Part shown: positions 12,999-23,479 of the stretch, piece by piece
Numbering within the stretch: the stretch's first letter is position 1
Layout of the letters: the number at the start of each line of letters is the position of its first letter
The notes under the pieces: model-generated
What the model was told of the DNA's origin: nothing
Databases searched by the model: none
Seen by the model: the letters and a program-made list of their open reading frames with translations, nothing else
Position numbers and translations under genes: made by a program
Assembly: GCA_000708835.1 (NCBI GenBank)
Contig: DF237159.1
Coordinates: 58,679-122,678, forward strand
Reading direction: 5' to 3'
DNA: 64,000 bases
From: Klebsormidium nitens
Taxonomy: Eukaryota; Plantae; Klebsormidiophyceae

Positions 12999-13644
12999 TT
13001 ACTTTCCTTCGCTTTCGGATTCTCCTGGCCAGGTCGCAGGGAACATGAATGATACATACAGTCCGAGACTTTCACAGCATACGCGTCAACAATCTCAGAA
13101 GTAACGGAGGGGATGACCAGCAACAAGATCAGGATCTTTAAGCAGCTTGCTGATTGTGGACGTGAAACATCATGGAGTCCTTCTATCGCCTAACATAAGT
13201 CATGTGAGAGTCGAATTCTGTATGGGTCTGCAACAGCACATAGACACAAGTTAAGGTCGATTCAATAAGCTGACCAACATCAACCATAAGGGCGTCGGAA
13301 GCATTTTAGGTCGACCTTCGATACTAGAGCTCGATCTGATACCATTACGACTGCAGAAAGAGTAGTCATTGAGATCTCAGTTCGCAACAGACTTTTGCTA
13401 GGGAGTTGACTAAACGAATCTTCTGATTATGGATGCTGTGTACGTGGGTTTCGAGAAGGACTGGAGACATGCATACCTTCTGCGAAAGAGCCGAGCAAAA
13501 GTTCTGGCCAAAAGCACACAAGCGTTGCCGCACATTGGCACGACGGATGGGCTTGACAGCCCGCAGCAGCTAATATGTGTCTTTTACCCAAAAGCCCGTA
13601 CACCGTTTGTTACGTCTCTCATACACCTGAACCCCGGTCCACCT

Positions 13645-13704
13645 GGCTCCGCTCCCAGATTGGTTTACCTGAAGGCGTTTCCGCCGGAAGCTGCTCCGCC
13701 GGAA
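13645..13704. repeat. Element just downstream of the A3 stop, repeated at 17518-17578 (weaker similarity extends ~60 bp further left)
   Basis: GGCTCCGCTCCC...TTACCT...TTCCGCCGGAA[G/A]CTGCTCCGCCGGAA occurs at both sites. Confidence 0.8.
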
Positions 13705-13709
13705 TGCTG

Positions 13710-14573
13710 TCACTCGGGACTTCTCAGCCCTAGCTTCCAAGGCGCTCGGCTGAGTATCTCCTCCTTGATTTTCCTGACCTCTGCTTCCTGCTTTTCCTTC
13801 TTGCGAGCATTCAGAATTGAAGCAACGATGCTGTTCAAAAGGTACGCTATGAAGCTTTGAAGCCGCTTGAGCTGGTCCTGCTCAAGACATTTGTGATGTT
13901 CCTCGGATGCAAGCTTCGTAACAAACATGTTCAGGAGCGGAACCCGAATTTGCGACCCAGACAGGCCGTTGACTTTTACCGCTGTCGCCAAGTCAAAGTC
14001 CTGGCCCCCCAGAAACTCTTTCAAAAAAAGCTCAACCGCAGCTGATCTCCGTGCCTTCTGGCTAGTCTGCAAGTTTTCCCAAGCCCAATCACAAAACTCC
14101 TTAACAAAGGTCTCTCCGTCATTTTGGCCCGCCCAGGACAGAAGCACTGCCTCTGCATAGGCTGGATACATCATCCTGCGTTTTGTCAGCCTGTAACTCT
14201 TTGCCCCTTCTTCATAAAAGTCCCTCAGGCTGCCCTCTAGATTACAGATTTCGTTTTTAATCCAGGGAAGGACCTCTGAGGGACGCTTCCCTGAATCAGC
14301 AGATTGAACAAGCCCGCCAAGCTGAAACGAGGCTTGGTTTGAAACCTCTTCAAGGCTTTCAAATTCGTCCCTGTCTGCTTCGAACGCCTGGTTATCCGCC
14401 TCATTTTCTGAGCTGTTCCTATCTACTGTACTTCTCACAGATATGGTAGCTGAACCAGAAATCTGGTTGAGCCTTTGCGGTTGTCTCAAATACGGACCAA
14501 ATGCAAAGAAACTCAAGCCGGGCCATCTCTGAATTGTCGCCAATAGTCCAGAGATATGGGAGAGGCACCTCAT
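13710..14573 (-). CDS. Family-A paralogue A3; intronless hypothetical protein, ~287 aa (ORF is open to 14618)
   Basis: Same motifs as A2. The ATG at 14573 is preferred because its context matches A2 (plus-strand CATCGTGCTCATCGCTCGCTTA vs CATCTTGCTCAGCGCTCGCTAA). Confidence 0.85.
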   Translation of the reverse strand: MRCLSHISGLLATIQRWPGLSFFAFGPYLRQPQRLNQISGSATISVRSTVDRNSSENEADNQAFEADRDEFESLEEVSNQASFQLGGLVQSADSGKRPSEVLPWIKNEICNLEGSLRDFYEEGAKSYRLTKRRMMYPAYAEAVLLSWAGQNDGETFVKEFCDWAWENLQTSQKARRSAAVELFLKEFLGGQDFDLATAVKVNGLSGSQIRVPLLNMFVTKLASEEHHKCLEQDQLKRLQSFIAYLLNSIVASILNARKKEKQEAEVRKIKEEILSRAPWKLGLRSPE

Positions 14574-14880
14574 CGTGCTCATCGCTCGCTTACCAAAATA
14601 ATTCTCCTTGTTCAACATGTTGTGACATCAAGAACTTCTGTAAAAGCGGCGCGCTTGTTGCACCGAGCAGCGCGAAGTCGCGGCCGGCTGTGCGGGGAGT
14701 CCGACGTATTTTTGAGGAGGTTTAGTGCAGGTTTAGTGGCTGCCATACGCGCGCGCCGCGGCCGCGCCTGCCAATATCCTAAGTGGGTCCTAGTGCGCTA
14801 GCTCAATCAACCAACAGTGAGTCGCACTCACCCGCTCTTATAATTGGTCTTCCCCACTTGGTGTTTCCATCGCGTACAAG

Positions 14881-15438
14881 ATGGCCTCAACTTCGTGGGA
14901 GGACACATTGAAAGCTCAAGAAGGAGCGGAAAGCAAGGTTGCAGAGTTTGACGTGGAAGTCTGGCAAGGAGAAAAGACTCGTGATACCTTCTCACCCGAG
15001 AAAAAGGAGGAGAACCTGAAAGAGCTCAAGGCACTGATTCCGGACTTTAGGGCTCCCCATGTCGAAGGCGATAAGCTCTGGCTATTCTACAGGCTCCTTG
15101 AGGAACTTGCATGGGTGGACCCAGACCAAGCATATGATATCTACGTTGAGTGGTTTTCTCAACGACCCGAACAGCGTAAGGTAATCGCTTCTGATCTTGA
15201 GAACCGTGAAGAGTCGAGGCGCCACTTTCGCGAGGCCGCCGAGTATCTTAGGGAGAGAAATGAAACGCTGCCTTGGGAAAAAAGAGTTAGTGCTATGACA
15301 CCTCCAGCCGTATTGTTATCAATGAAATATTGCTGCTCCGGGTCATTAGTGTGGGAAACATCAGAAGAGGACGTTCAGGGCTTGCTCAACAAGTTCAAGA
15401 CGTTTGCTCAGAGATTGTGGCGGCAACTATTCTCCTAG
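14881..15438 (+). CDS. Intronless orphan ORF, 185 aa, transcribed divergently from A3
   Basis: ATG-to-TAG ORF with protein-like, charged helical composition. It shares a ~300-bp GC-rich intergenic region with A3. No motif recognised. Confidence 0.65.
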   Translation: MASTSWEDTLKAQEGAESKVAEFDVEVWQGEKTRDTFSPEKKEENLKELKALIPDFRAPHVEGDKLWLFYRLLEELAWVDPDQAYDIYVEWFSQRPEQRKVIASDLENREESRRHFREAAEYLRERNETLPWEKRVSAMTPPAVLLSMKYCCSGSLVWETSEEDVQGLLNKFKTFAQRLWRQLFS

Positions 15439-15912
15439 CCTGGGAGTGGTCTTCTTCAGCAGACTCGTACTAGTCGGAGATTCTATGTTTTAAAGGGTTA
15501 CATACGATGCTGCTGTCCTCTGCATTTTCAGGCTCTAACAACTCCAGGAAAGAAAGTACGAGTCCCTGATTCCTAGCAAAACTTCTAGCTCAGCAGGTAA
15601 CTATGGGTAGCTGCAGACTGCATGTCTGCAAATTCAAGGTCGTGCTTAGTTCATGCTCTAGTTGCACGGCATCAAAAGCAAACTATCACCTTGTTCGCAA
15701 GCCAGAAGGCGCACGCCAGCCAGAAGGCACGTATGAGATTGCAATGCATAAGACCGTTGTCTTCGTTGTTTACTCCTTGGAACGCTCGTCATGGATATCA
15801 ATAAAATGCCTTGGGAAATCAAAGGACAGCACATGCATGTATTCGTATGAGGCTCACAATTACAAACAAACTGAAGTCATGAATTTGCGATGCTTAACAC
15901 GGATATAGCTGT

Positions 15913-16681
15913 TCATCGAGTCGGCATCCTACTAGATGGATGCACCGCTTCCTGATGAATCTTATTTATTATATTCTCCTCAGAAGATGCCTTTGCCGGT
16001 CTAGCCGCAATGTATGCTGTGGCAGTCCTTTCTTCGTAAGGCCTGATTGAGACGTTTCTCGAATAATCTTGACTGAACAGAGAACCCTCCGCGCGCTTTC
16101 CCATTTGCTAAATTGGGTCTTTGACTAGACTCAACTCCGTCAACAAAGCCAGAGGCAACCCGTTCAGACATGCTGCTATGCTGCGCCCGAGAGAGAAGCC
16201 GAAGCCCTCATGTCTATGAAGCAGATTGATCCTCATCCTAACTCCTAACATGTCGCGCTCATGTGCTTTCGGAACACTGAATCGAAACAGCCTCGTGAAT
16301 GATGTGAATCTGGCGTGATTCATGCAGCAAGTCGACCCATGATGCGCGCTTGAAGCCACACAGCTTCCGTGCAGAATCGAAAGTCAGGGCTGTCGTCGGC
16401 CACATGCGAATTCGCCGAACACATGCTCGTCAAGGCACTTCTCACAAGGGTTGTATTAGGGTAGGATCCTTTTTCAACAAATCTGACTTGGTTTTCAAAC
16501 CGTGGAGCGCTTGTAGGGCCAATTGGCGCGACATGATCATCTGCACGATCATACTGCCACCTTGACCGCATGCCCACGTCGATTCCGGTCCATATTCAGG
16601 TGGAACTCTTGCCTCAATTTCACATTTAAGGAGAACGCCGTTCAAGAAGCCGTTCCGAAGGGCGTTCTTTCCTTCATACAT
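15913..16681 (-). pseudogene. Family-B relic B4 (stops and frameshifts)
   Basis: RGCFDSVFRKH ~ QGWFDF-YRKH; LLHRHEGFGF ~ ILHRKLRHGF; AACLNGLPL...LSLV ~ SGCLSDSPL...MSLV. DNA similarity to B3 is visible at ~16265-16300. Confidence 0.5.
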
Positions 16682-16902
16682 TTACGTGCTGCCAAAGACT
16701 GGTATGGCGAGCAGAACAGAAACAAGAATTGAGAATCTTGATCAGCTTTCAACACTCAACGCCTTTCTTCTCAGAGTCCTCCTCCATTCTGGCCCGAAGT
16801 CGTCGACCGCGTGTCAGCACACAAGATGGAACTCGACCTTCGGCTCAGCCTGCAAGGAAAGCGACACAGGAATTTGAATCAGGAGAGCCGGACTGGCCCG
16901 GA

Positions 16903-17100
16903 ATCCAATTGGACGTCCTTCAGATGCCGCATCCGTTCCGGAAGCGGAATATGTTCGGGCGTCCGGACGCGAACTCCTTTGGGGCGTCCGTCAGATGCAA
17001 GATCCGTTTGGGCGTCCGGTGGATGCAATCCGTTTAAGAAGCCCAATGCAAAGCAAGTCTGGGGTCCGTTTGGCAGCCATCAGACGGGGTCCGTTCGAAC
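16903..17100. repeat. Degenerate minisatellite, ~27-30-bp unit (consensus ~ATCCGTTTGGGCGTCCGnnnGATGCA), 6-7 copies
   Basis: Recurring TCCGTT / GGGCGTCCG / GATGC blocks with no unique spacers. Confidence 0.7.
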
Positions 17101-17579
17101 GTATGATCGGACTTGAGAACGTCTCGGTTTGTTTGTGTAGACAAAAGAATAACCTTCAATTGACTGGCATGGCAAAGACAATCCTGCAGTTTACAAGTCT
17201 AGTCAAGCCTCCAAAGCATCCGAAGCACTAGAAGTTCGGCTGATTCTATTAGTTGTACGAACGCAGTTCGATACCATGTGAGGTTCCAACCGCAGGCAGC
17301 AGCAGAAAATCGGAATCAACCAAACTTACTTCGCAAACCAGGAAAGGAGAATCTTGAGATTATGAGGGCACAAAATAATGGGCCACGAGCATATAGAAGT
17401 TGCCACACAGGCTCAATGAAAGGGTTGCGTAGCCCGCTTTAGCGGTATAAGCTATAGCTTTTAGGTCCACCCAAACCCCTTTTCCGGTTTACGTCGGGCG
17501 TGTACCTTGGTTGACAGGGCTCCGCTCCCTCAAATCGGCTTACCTCAACGCATTCCGCCGGAAACTGCTCCGCCGGAAC

Positions 17580-18230
17580 CTACCAAGCCGGCCACGCGAC
17601 GCCCTCGGCCAGGGTGCACCCGGTCCAGACCGCGACAACCGTCGCAGCCTGTACGGGGAAGAGGAACGCCAGCATGACACGTGTCACAGAGGGCGGACGC
17701 GACCACCACGTGGGTCTTAGTAAGTTGCACTTTGAGCAGTGCTCTCCGCAATTCCGGCAACGTTTTGTGTCCGCCCCGGGGCCGGAATTCAGGGCCTTGG
17801 TTCGCGCGGAAAGGAACCAAGCGTAAGTAACAACGGCTGTGAGTCCGATTGAGGGGCAGTAGGACTGTGGAGGAGCTCCTGTTCCGCCCATATTCTCCCT
17901 TTGCTCCCACCCGTAAGCTTGTGGGCTTTCTCGAAGTAACGACCTTTAGTCCCTTCGACGAAGTTTCAGAAGCTTCTTCTCGGAATTCCACCGCACGGTC
18001 GACAGACGCTTTGCTGAGACACCTCGTCTTGTCAAAGCGATACTTTGAAGCTAACACTTGAACAACCAAGCTTTATACTTCAAATTCTTCTCCGCAAGCT
18101 CATACGGAACCTTAATCTGGTGGGAAGCCGTCATGAAGCCGTCTGCTTAGCCACGCTCAGCTCCGCACTTCGTTTGCCAGGGTGCGAATGTCTTTCGACG
18201 CACGACGCGCCGGTCGAGTCTCGCCAGAAC
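17580..18230 (-). pseudogene. Family-A relic A4
   Basis: HPGKRSAEL ~ SGKRPSEVL; YELAEKNLKYKAW...*LQS ~ YRLTKRRMMYPAY...LLS; RAVEF ~ AAVELF; HKTL..LRRAL..VVASAL ~ HKCL..LKRL..IVASIL. It is followed by the same downstream element as A3. Stops and frameshifts occur in the 5' half. Confidence 0.6.
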
Positions 18231-19884
18231 CATTTCAGCGCTCCGCCTTTGAATGAGAAAAGCATCTTTGAACACGTTTGTGGGACGTGAACGCAAGGCG
18301 CGTTTGTGATATTATCTGGAGCCTCTTTGCCTTTCAGTCCAACCTTCCGACATATTGGAACTGTATACTAGCCAGTGGAAGAGTCGTCCGTCTTTGCGGG
18401 CCTCTCTAGATTTTGAGTAGGATACTAGACGTGACTGGTCGTACGCCGAGCTGAATGAAGGGCTTTGTTTTTGCACAAGATCACGTAGACAGTGACGCTT
18501 ACGCTTGCTAGCTGGCTGTCTTGAGAGGATGGAGACTTGACGTGACCTACAATCACTTGGTTCCAGGACTATGAAACACTGAGGACGTGGAAGATTTCTG
18601 GCCAGCCAGCTAAATGACTGCGAAGTATCCTCCGAACTGAACCGGGGGCCTGCGGAGACAGGTGACGGATCAAACGGACCGGGTGGTTCATGCGTACACG
18701 TCCGGGGACTCGTACTTCCTTCAAGGCAGCATGACAGAAGGCCAGGCCCACGTCTCCGGTCGGTTTGAAAGTAGGTGACCGTGACTGGTTTAGGTTTTGT
18801 TTGCTGCTTGACCAACCTGCACTGTACACTGAGAAGCCAATTAACGGTGCCAGATTGACTGGAAGATGAATCGACGGCCTTTGGTCTATGTAGTCAAAGG
18901 CTCGAGGAAGGCTGTGATCCACGTGGTTACTCCGTAACGTTTAGGGTTAAACACGTGGTCAACGAGAGAATTATAGCCGATACTGCAGTAAAGAGAGGCA
19001 ATTTGCTGCACTTAGAGAGGCTTGTGAGCCTGCGTTTACATTGACATGTGCAGGCGCGGACGTACGATCCGCAACATTCATATCTTTGCATGACCTACGG
19101 TAGATCCACTACAATCGAATTAGCGCAACTTCACGAATGAAGCTGCCAATCAGCATGTTGGATGAAACCAGTAAAATTTCAACACTTTTGCCATTTTATG
19201 ATTGATTTTGCACAGGCTTGTGCGCGTGCCGCCTTTTCTTGCGATCGACAAAGTACAGCTAGTGATATCGAAGTACCCGGCCGCCCCGCTAGACTGAGGC
19301 AGGATTGGATACCGTCCAATCTGATACCATTTGTCCCTGCCATGATGTGCCACTGAGAGCTATAGCATGCTCAGCCAGTATAAACTCGACAAGTCGGGTA
19401 AACGGTGACTAGTTCGATCGACATTTCGCCGCCCATGTGCGCGCAGCCTGCAGATGGATTTAACAATCTGCATGGTGTCTAGTTCCATGGGTTCTTTCTC
19501 AAAGAACCACAGCCATGGAAAGCGGCGGCGCCAGTACGATTAGTACATTGAGAACGGGTGTGGCCTGAATCGTGACGGTGCGACTAGCACCAATCTATGT
19601 ACAGTCGTGTACACTTCAACGCTGAACTGCGACATGGGACCCTATATCATTGAGACGCTGCGAGCCTATCAAAAACATAGAATCTGGTGGTCTCCTGGCT
19701 TGGCAGGTTACCGACCTCAACTGCAGAAGTTACCATGCTACAATTCCTCAACATCGGGGCTTTTTGTCACAGTAGAAAGGATCAGAGTTCCGCCCAACTA
19801 AACGAACTTTAGAAGTGTACGGCGCCAACTTTCTAGACTTGGCTAGTTACATTAATAATGTACACAGGAAGCCTGCCACGTCAG

Positions 19885-21194
19885 CTAGGCTTCATATATC
19901 TTCATGGCCTGCTGGATGGAGACCCGACAAATTGGGCACCTTGGAACCGGCTCCTGACTTATCCTGCATTGAAGGCAAAGCGGCAACACGAGTATGTGAC
20001 AAGTGCAGGTAACATCTTCAGGCGCCTTTAGCAAAGGCGCCTGACATATGCACCGCAGAGGCTTCATCTCAAGTGGCAGCAATGAAGCGAATGGTATAAG
20101 ACCTGGTCCTTATGATCCTTATCTTTCAATCTTGCGATTTCAATCCTTTGAAATGGTAGTCCAAGACAAAAGTCGGTCTTAAGTTCGAAAACCCGCCATT
20201 TGTGATGGTCGCTTGGTGAATGTAATGTTGATGGAGTTCGCTACCTCAGATTCGAAGCAGAGTCTGATTTGAGATTTTTGGAAGCGGCTGCGGATAGTAC
20301 TGATCAATTCGAAATGAATTCTAAGGAAATTGCAGCCGTCCAGAGTCTCCGTAACATTCCTGTGTTGCACATCCATGAACGAAAATTACCAGTCTCCTAA
20401 GACATTGGGATTCCCACGATTTCATTGAAGGCACGAGCGCTTTGAATGGGAAGAGAGCCCACAGCGACTGCATATCATTAAAAGTGCTGGGGCTCACCTT
20501 AATCCACAAGTAAAGCAAGTCGCCTTATGCCCACATGGAACAAAGGCCGTGTCCTTCCGCTCGCATTCACAAAGGGCACACATGTCCAGGGCTGAAGTCG
20601 GCTCCACCCTATCTGAGTCAGGTTCTTCTGAATCCACCTTTTTTAAGACATATTCTTCCCGAATATTGACATGGCCAATGCATGGTATGGGAAAAGGGAG
20701 ACAAGCGCAAGCCTTAAGATGGGAGACTGTCGGGCCCACCAGCTTTTAGCTCGTGGAGGTTTTGGTTGTCCACATTGAGGACAGCTTTCCTTTGTGGCTG
20801 ACCTCTCTTGCACTACACACTGCCCACATGCAATGAGGGCAGCAACTGCAACGGTAAAATGGAAAATGATTAGGAGACCCGCTTTTGAGTTGGTCATAGC
20901 TGCTTGCTACGCACTTGGCGGCAAGAGGATGTTGCTAGTTTAGATGCTACCTCTAACCCGCTTGAATTAGCTGCTGATGAAACAGACGACCTGGCACCAG
21001 TTTGCGCAGGCAAATCACCCCAAGGGGTCTGCTCTCTCAATGTTCATATGCTTCTTGGATTCTGCAGTCACTACATACCCTACAGCAACGAGAGTGTTGC
21101 TGCCAAAATCCTGCTCTGCTCTCGTTTTGCCTCTTCAATCCCCAAAAGTTGACGCGCTGAAAATGCTTCAGGAATGTCCTGATCACCATCAGAC
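19885..21194 (-). CDS. Partial multi-exon gene with a C-terminal C3HC4 RING of the IAP/MDM2-like subtype (putative E3 ligase), preceded by a CxxC...CxxC knuckle; 5' end unresolved
   Basis: Joining the exon ending at 20498 (AG|GTGAGC) to exon 19963-19885 gives CALCECERKDTAFVPCGHKATCFTCGLRISQEPVPRCPICRVSIQQAMKIYEA*. Exon 20845-20740 encodes CGQC-x11-CPQCGQPKP. Upstream exons are tentative. Confidence 0.75.
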
Positions 21195-23479
21195 CTGCAA
21201 CACAGAAGGTACCGGCACATACGTTTTGTGTTTGCAAGGAACGCTTGAGCAATTCTGGCTTCATATTGAAAGTTGATGGCTTCCTCATTTCAATTTACGT
21301 GCCAGCGATGGGGCTATCACAGAATGATTGAGGCCCACTGAGTTTTGCGAGTATGCGGAGCTACTTCCAAATAGCAAAATAGCATCTGAATTCCCGACTC
21401 AGGTATTGCAAATAACCCTCTGAGACCATCGTCCTCCTTATAACATGTAAAGAACTGACTCAGGTGGTGCAGTCAAGCAGCCCAGCGGCCTAGATTCTCA
21501 CCCCACATGCTACCAAAATGGATTCATAGTAATCAAAGCAGAGAGAAATCATTGAGTGTGCTTGTCAGGTGATGTGGAGGGGATGTGGAGTTAGTAGAAG
21601 GACTGGCAGCTAATCTACAATCCTGACATCTACAAAAACGCAAAACTCACTCAACCACCCTCTACAGATTGAGCCCCCTCTGTCTCATAATGAACCACCA
21701 AGCGTTGGCATCCCAACCTAATATATGGTCGTCCTTTTGGAAGCAGTACATCTCAGCACCATACCAATGGACTCTTCAAGACAGCTGGGAGGTATCTTAA
21801 CTTATTGAATCAGTACGGGGCCAGTAGCATCTGCAGATGATTGCCAATCAGCAGGAAACCTGACCGGCTCCCTAATGTTAGAGATTACAGCAGCAAGGTG
21901 AGCCGTTGATTTCTCTGAAATGTTGCTGGCAAACAGCTGCCAGCAGTTCAACTGCTTTTGACAAGGCAACTGTATCAACACTAGGCTACTTACTGAAGAT
22001 GCCATACTAGTAAGTGCTAGTAAGGACGCGTATTTATGGTGATCAGAAGCTCGAGTAAAAGGGTTGGAGGCTTGTAGAAAAGGCTCAAGAGTCAAGGCCT
22101 TTTCTTGTTACCATATTCTTTTCCCTTGCGCTGCCGGTTGATCCTTACATGCTTCTCGACCATCAAACCTCCCACAACGCCAGCTGGTCCTGGCCCCTAG
22201 CAGTCACGGTGGCCCTTGCATGCGACCCCTGCATGAGTGCTTTGGCCCTAAGGTGCTTTGACGTCGTCCCCAAAAGTCTGGGGGACAGCCTTGATCAAAC
22301 TTTGCCATCATTGTGCTTTGCCCCAGGCCAGGGGCATATCATAATGAGCTGAATCAGAGACCCCAGCGGCTTACAAGGATGTCACGCGCGCGCCCTAGCC
22401 TTTATCCGAGCACAGGCGGCCGAACGCCGCCTGATTGACGTCCGATGAAAAATCTTGACGGCTCCGATCTTATCAAACAATGAATGTGCCGCGCGCGCTT
22501 CAAGCACTGTACAGTTACAACCAGATTAGGTAGACCCCCATCAACCGACCGGACTCTCGGACCCTTCGTTTCTGCAATTCGTAGAGAGCTGGACTCGCTC
22601 GTCTCGAAGTCGGCAACGCTTTGGTTTATGCATAATGCAGATAAGTTGAGGTAGTCACTGGTTCGTCATCTGTAACCGGTAGCCGGTACCATACAGCTGG
22701 TCATACAAGAGATTGTGAAAGCGAGACGTGTCCAGAAATGATAATTGGCTAGGAGACGGTAGGAATCAAGACCCCCTTCTCACGTGCCAAGCTGCATCCT
22801 GAGGAAAGTCCGGAAAAACGTGCCGCAATTTGTAATGTAAAGCTGCGCGCGAGTGCATTTCAGGCACTAGGTTTTGCCCGGGAAAGAACACCGAGATAAT
22901 CGACCGAGCACAAACTCCCATGGCCTCAGTGTTGAAATCCGGCCGGCGGTTTCCTCGTGGCAGGCAGGGCCTCGAATCCATTGAACCCGTACTAGGAGGT
23001 TACCGCCCGAAGGGCGGTGTCCCTCCTAGCCCATCTTGATTGGGGGACAGTTGATGGCACATACATAAGCCACAACGTTAACGGACAAAGGATTGCTGAA
23101 CCAAATATGACTCCGACCATTGATGATAGCATGCAGTACGTGCTTCAAGTCAGCCTGGTATGCAGGGGTATGCACAACGGTTTGCCTATGACAAGCGATA
23201 TGCTGACTGAAATATAGGTATATTGACGGACCCACTGTGGTCTATTTTGCAAGTTCTGAATGTCTGGAATGACTGCATCATTGATGACTGTCCGATGATC
23301 ATTCGAGTCAAATCAACGTACTAACATTCGTGGCCTCCCTGTCATCATGGTATGCCAAAAGGTCCAAGTTCTGGCACTGTCTGTCAACATGATTCCCGTT
23401 CCGTGTCACTTCTAAGACCTTAGCATAGATCTGCCTTTGAGGCCAACAGCAAAGGGGCGCAAGTGGAAGGTTCGCGTAC

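Noticed and set aside
16903-17100. CRISPR-like array
   Set aside because: Units are degenerate and abut each other without unique spacers; eukaryotic context and no cas genes.
18300-18922. ORFs 18312-18815 and 18569-18922
   Set aside because: No recognisable motif and no alignment to families A or B.
18940-18950. TTTAGGGTT telomere/telo-box motif
   Set aside because: Single copy, no array.
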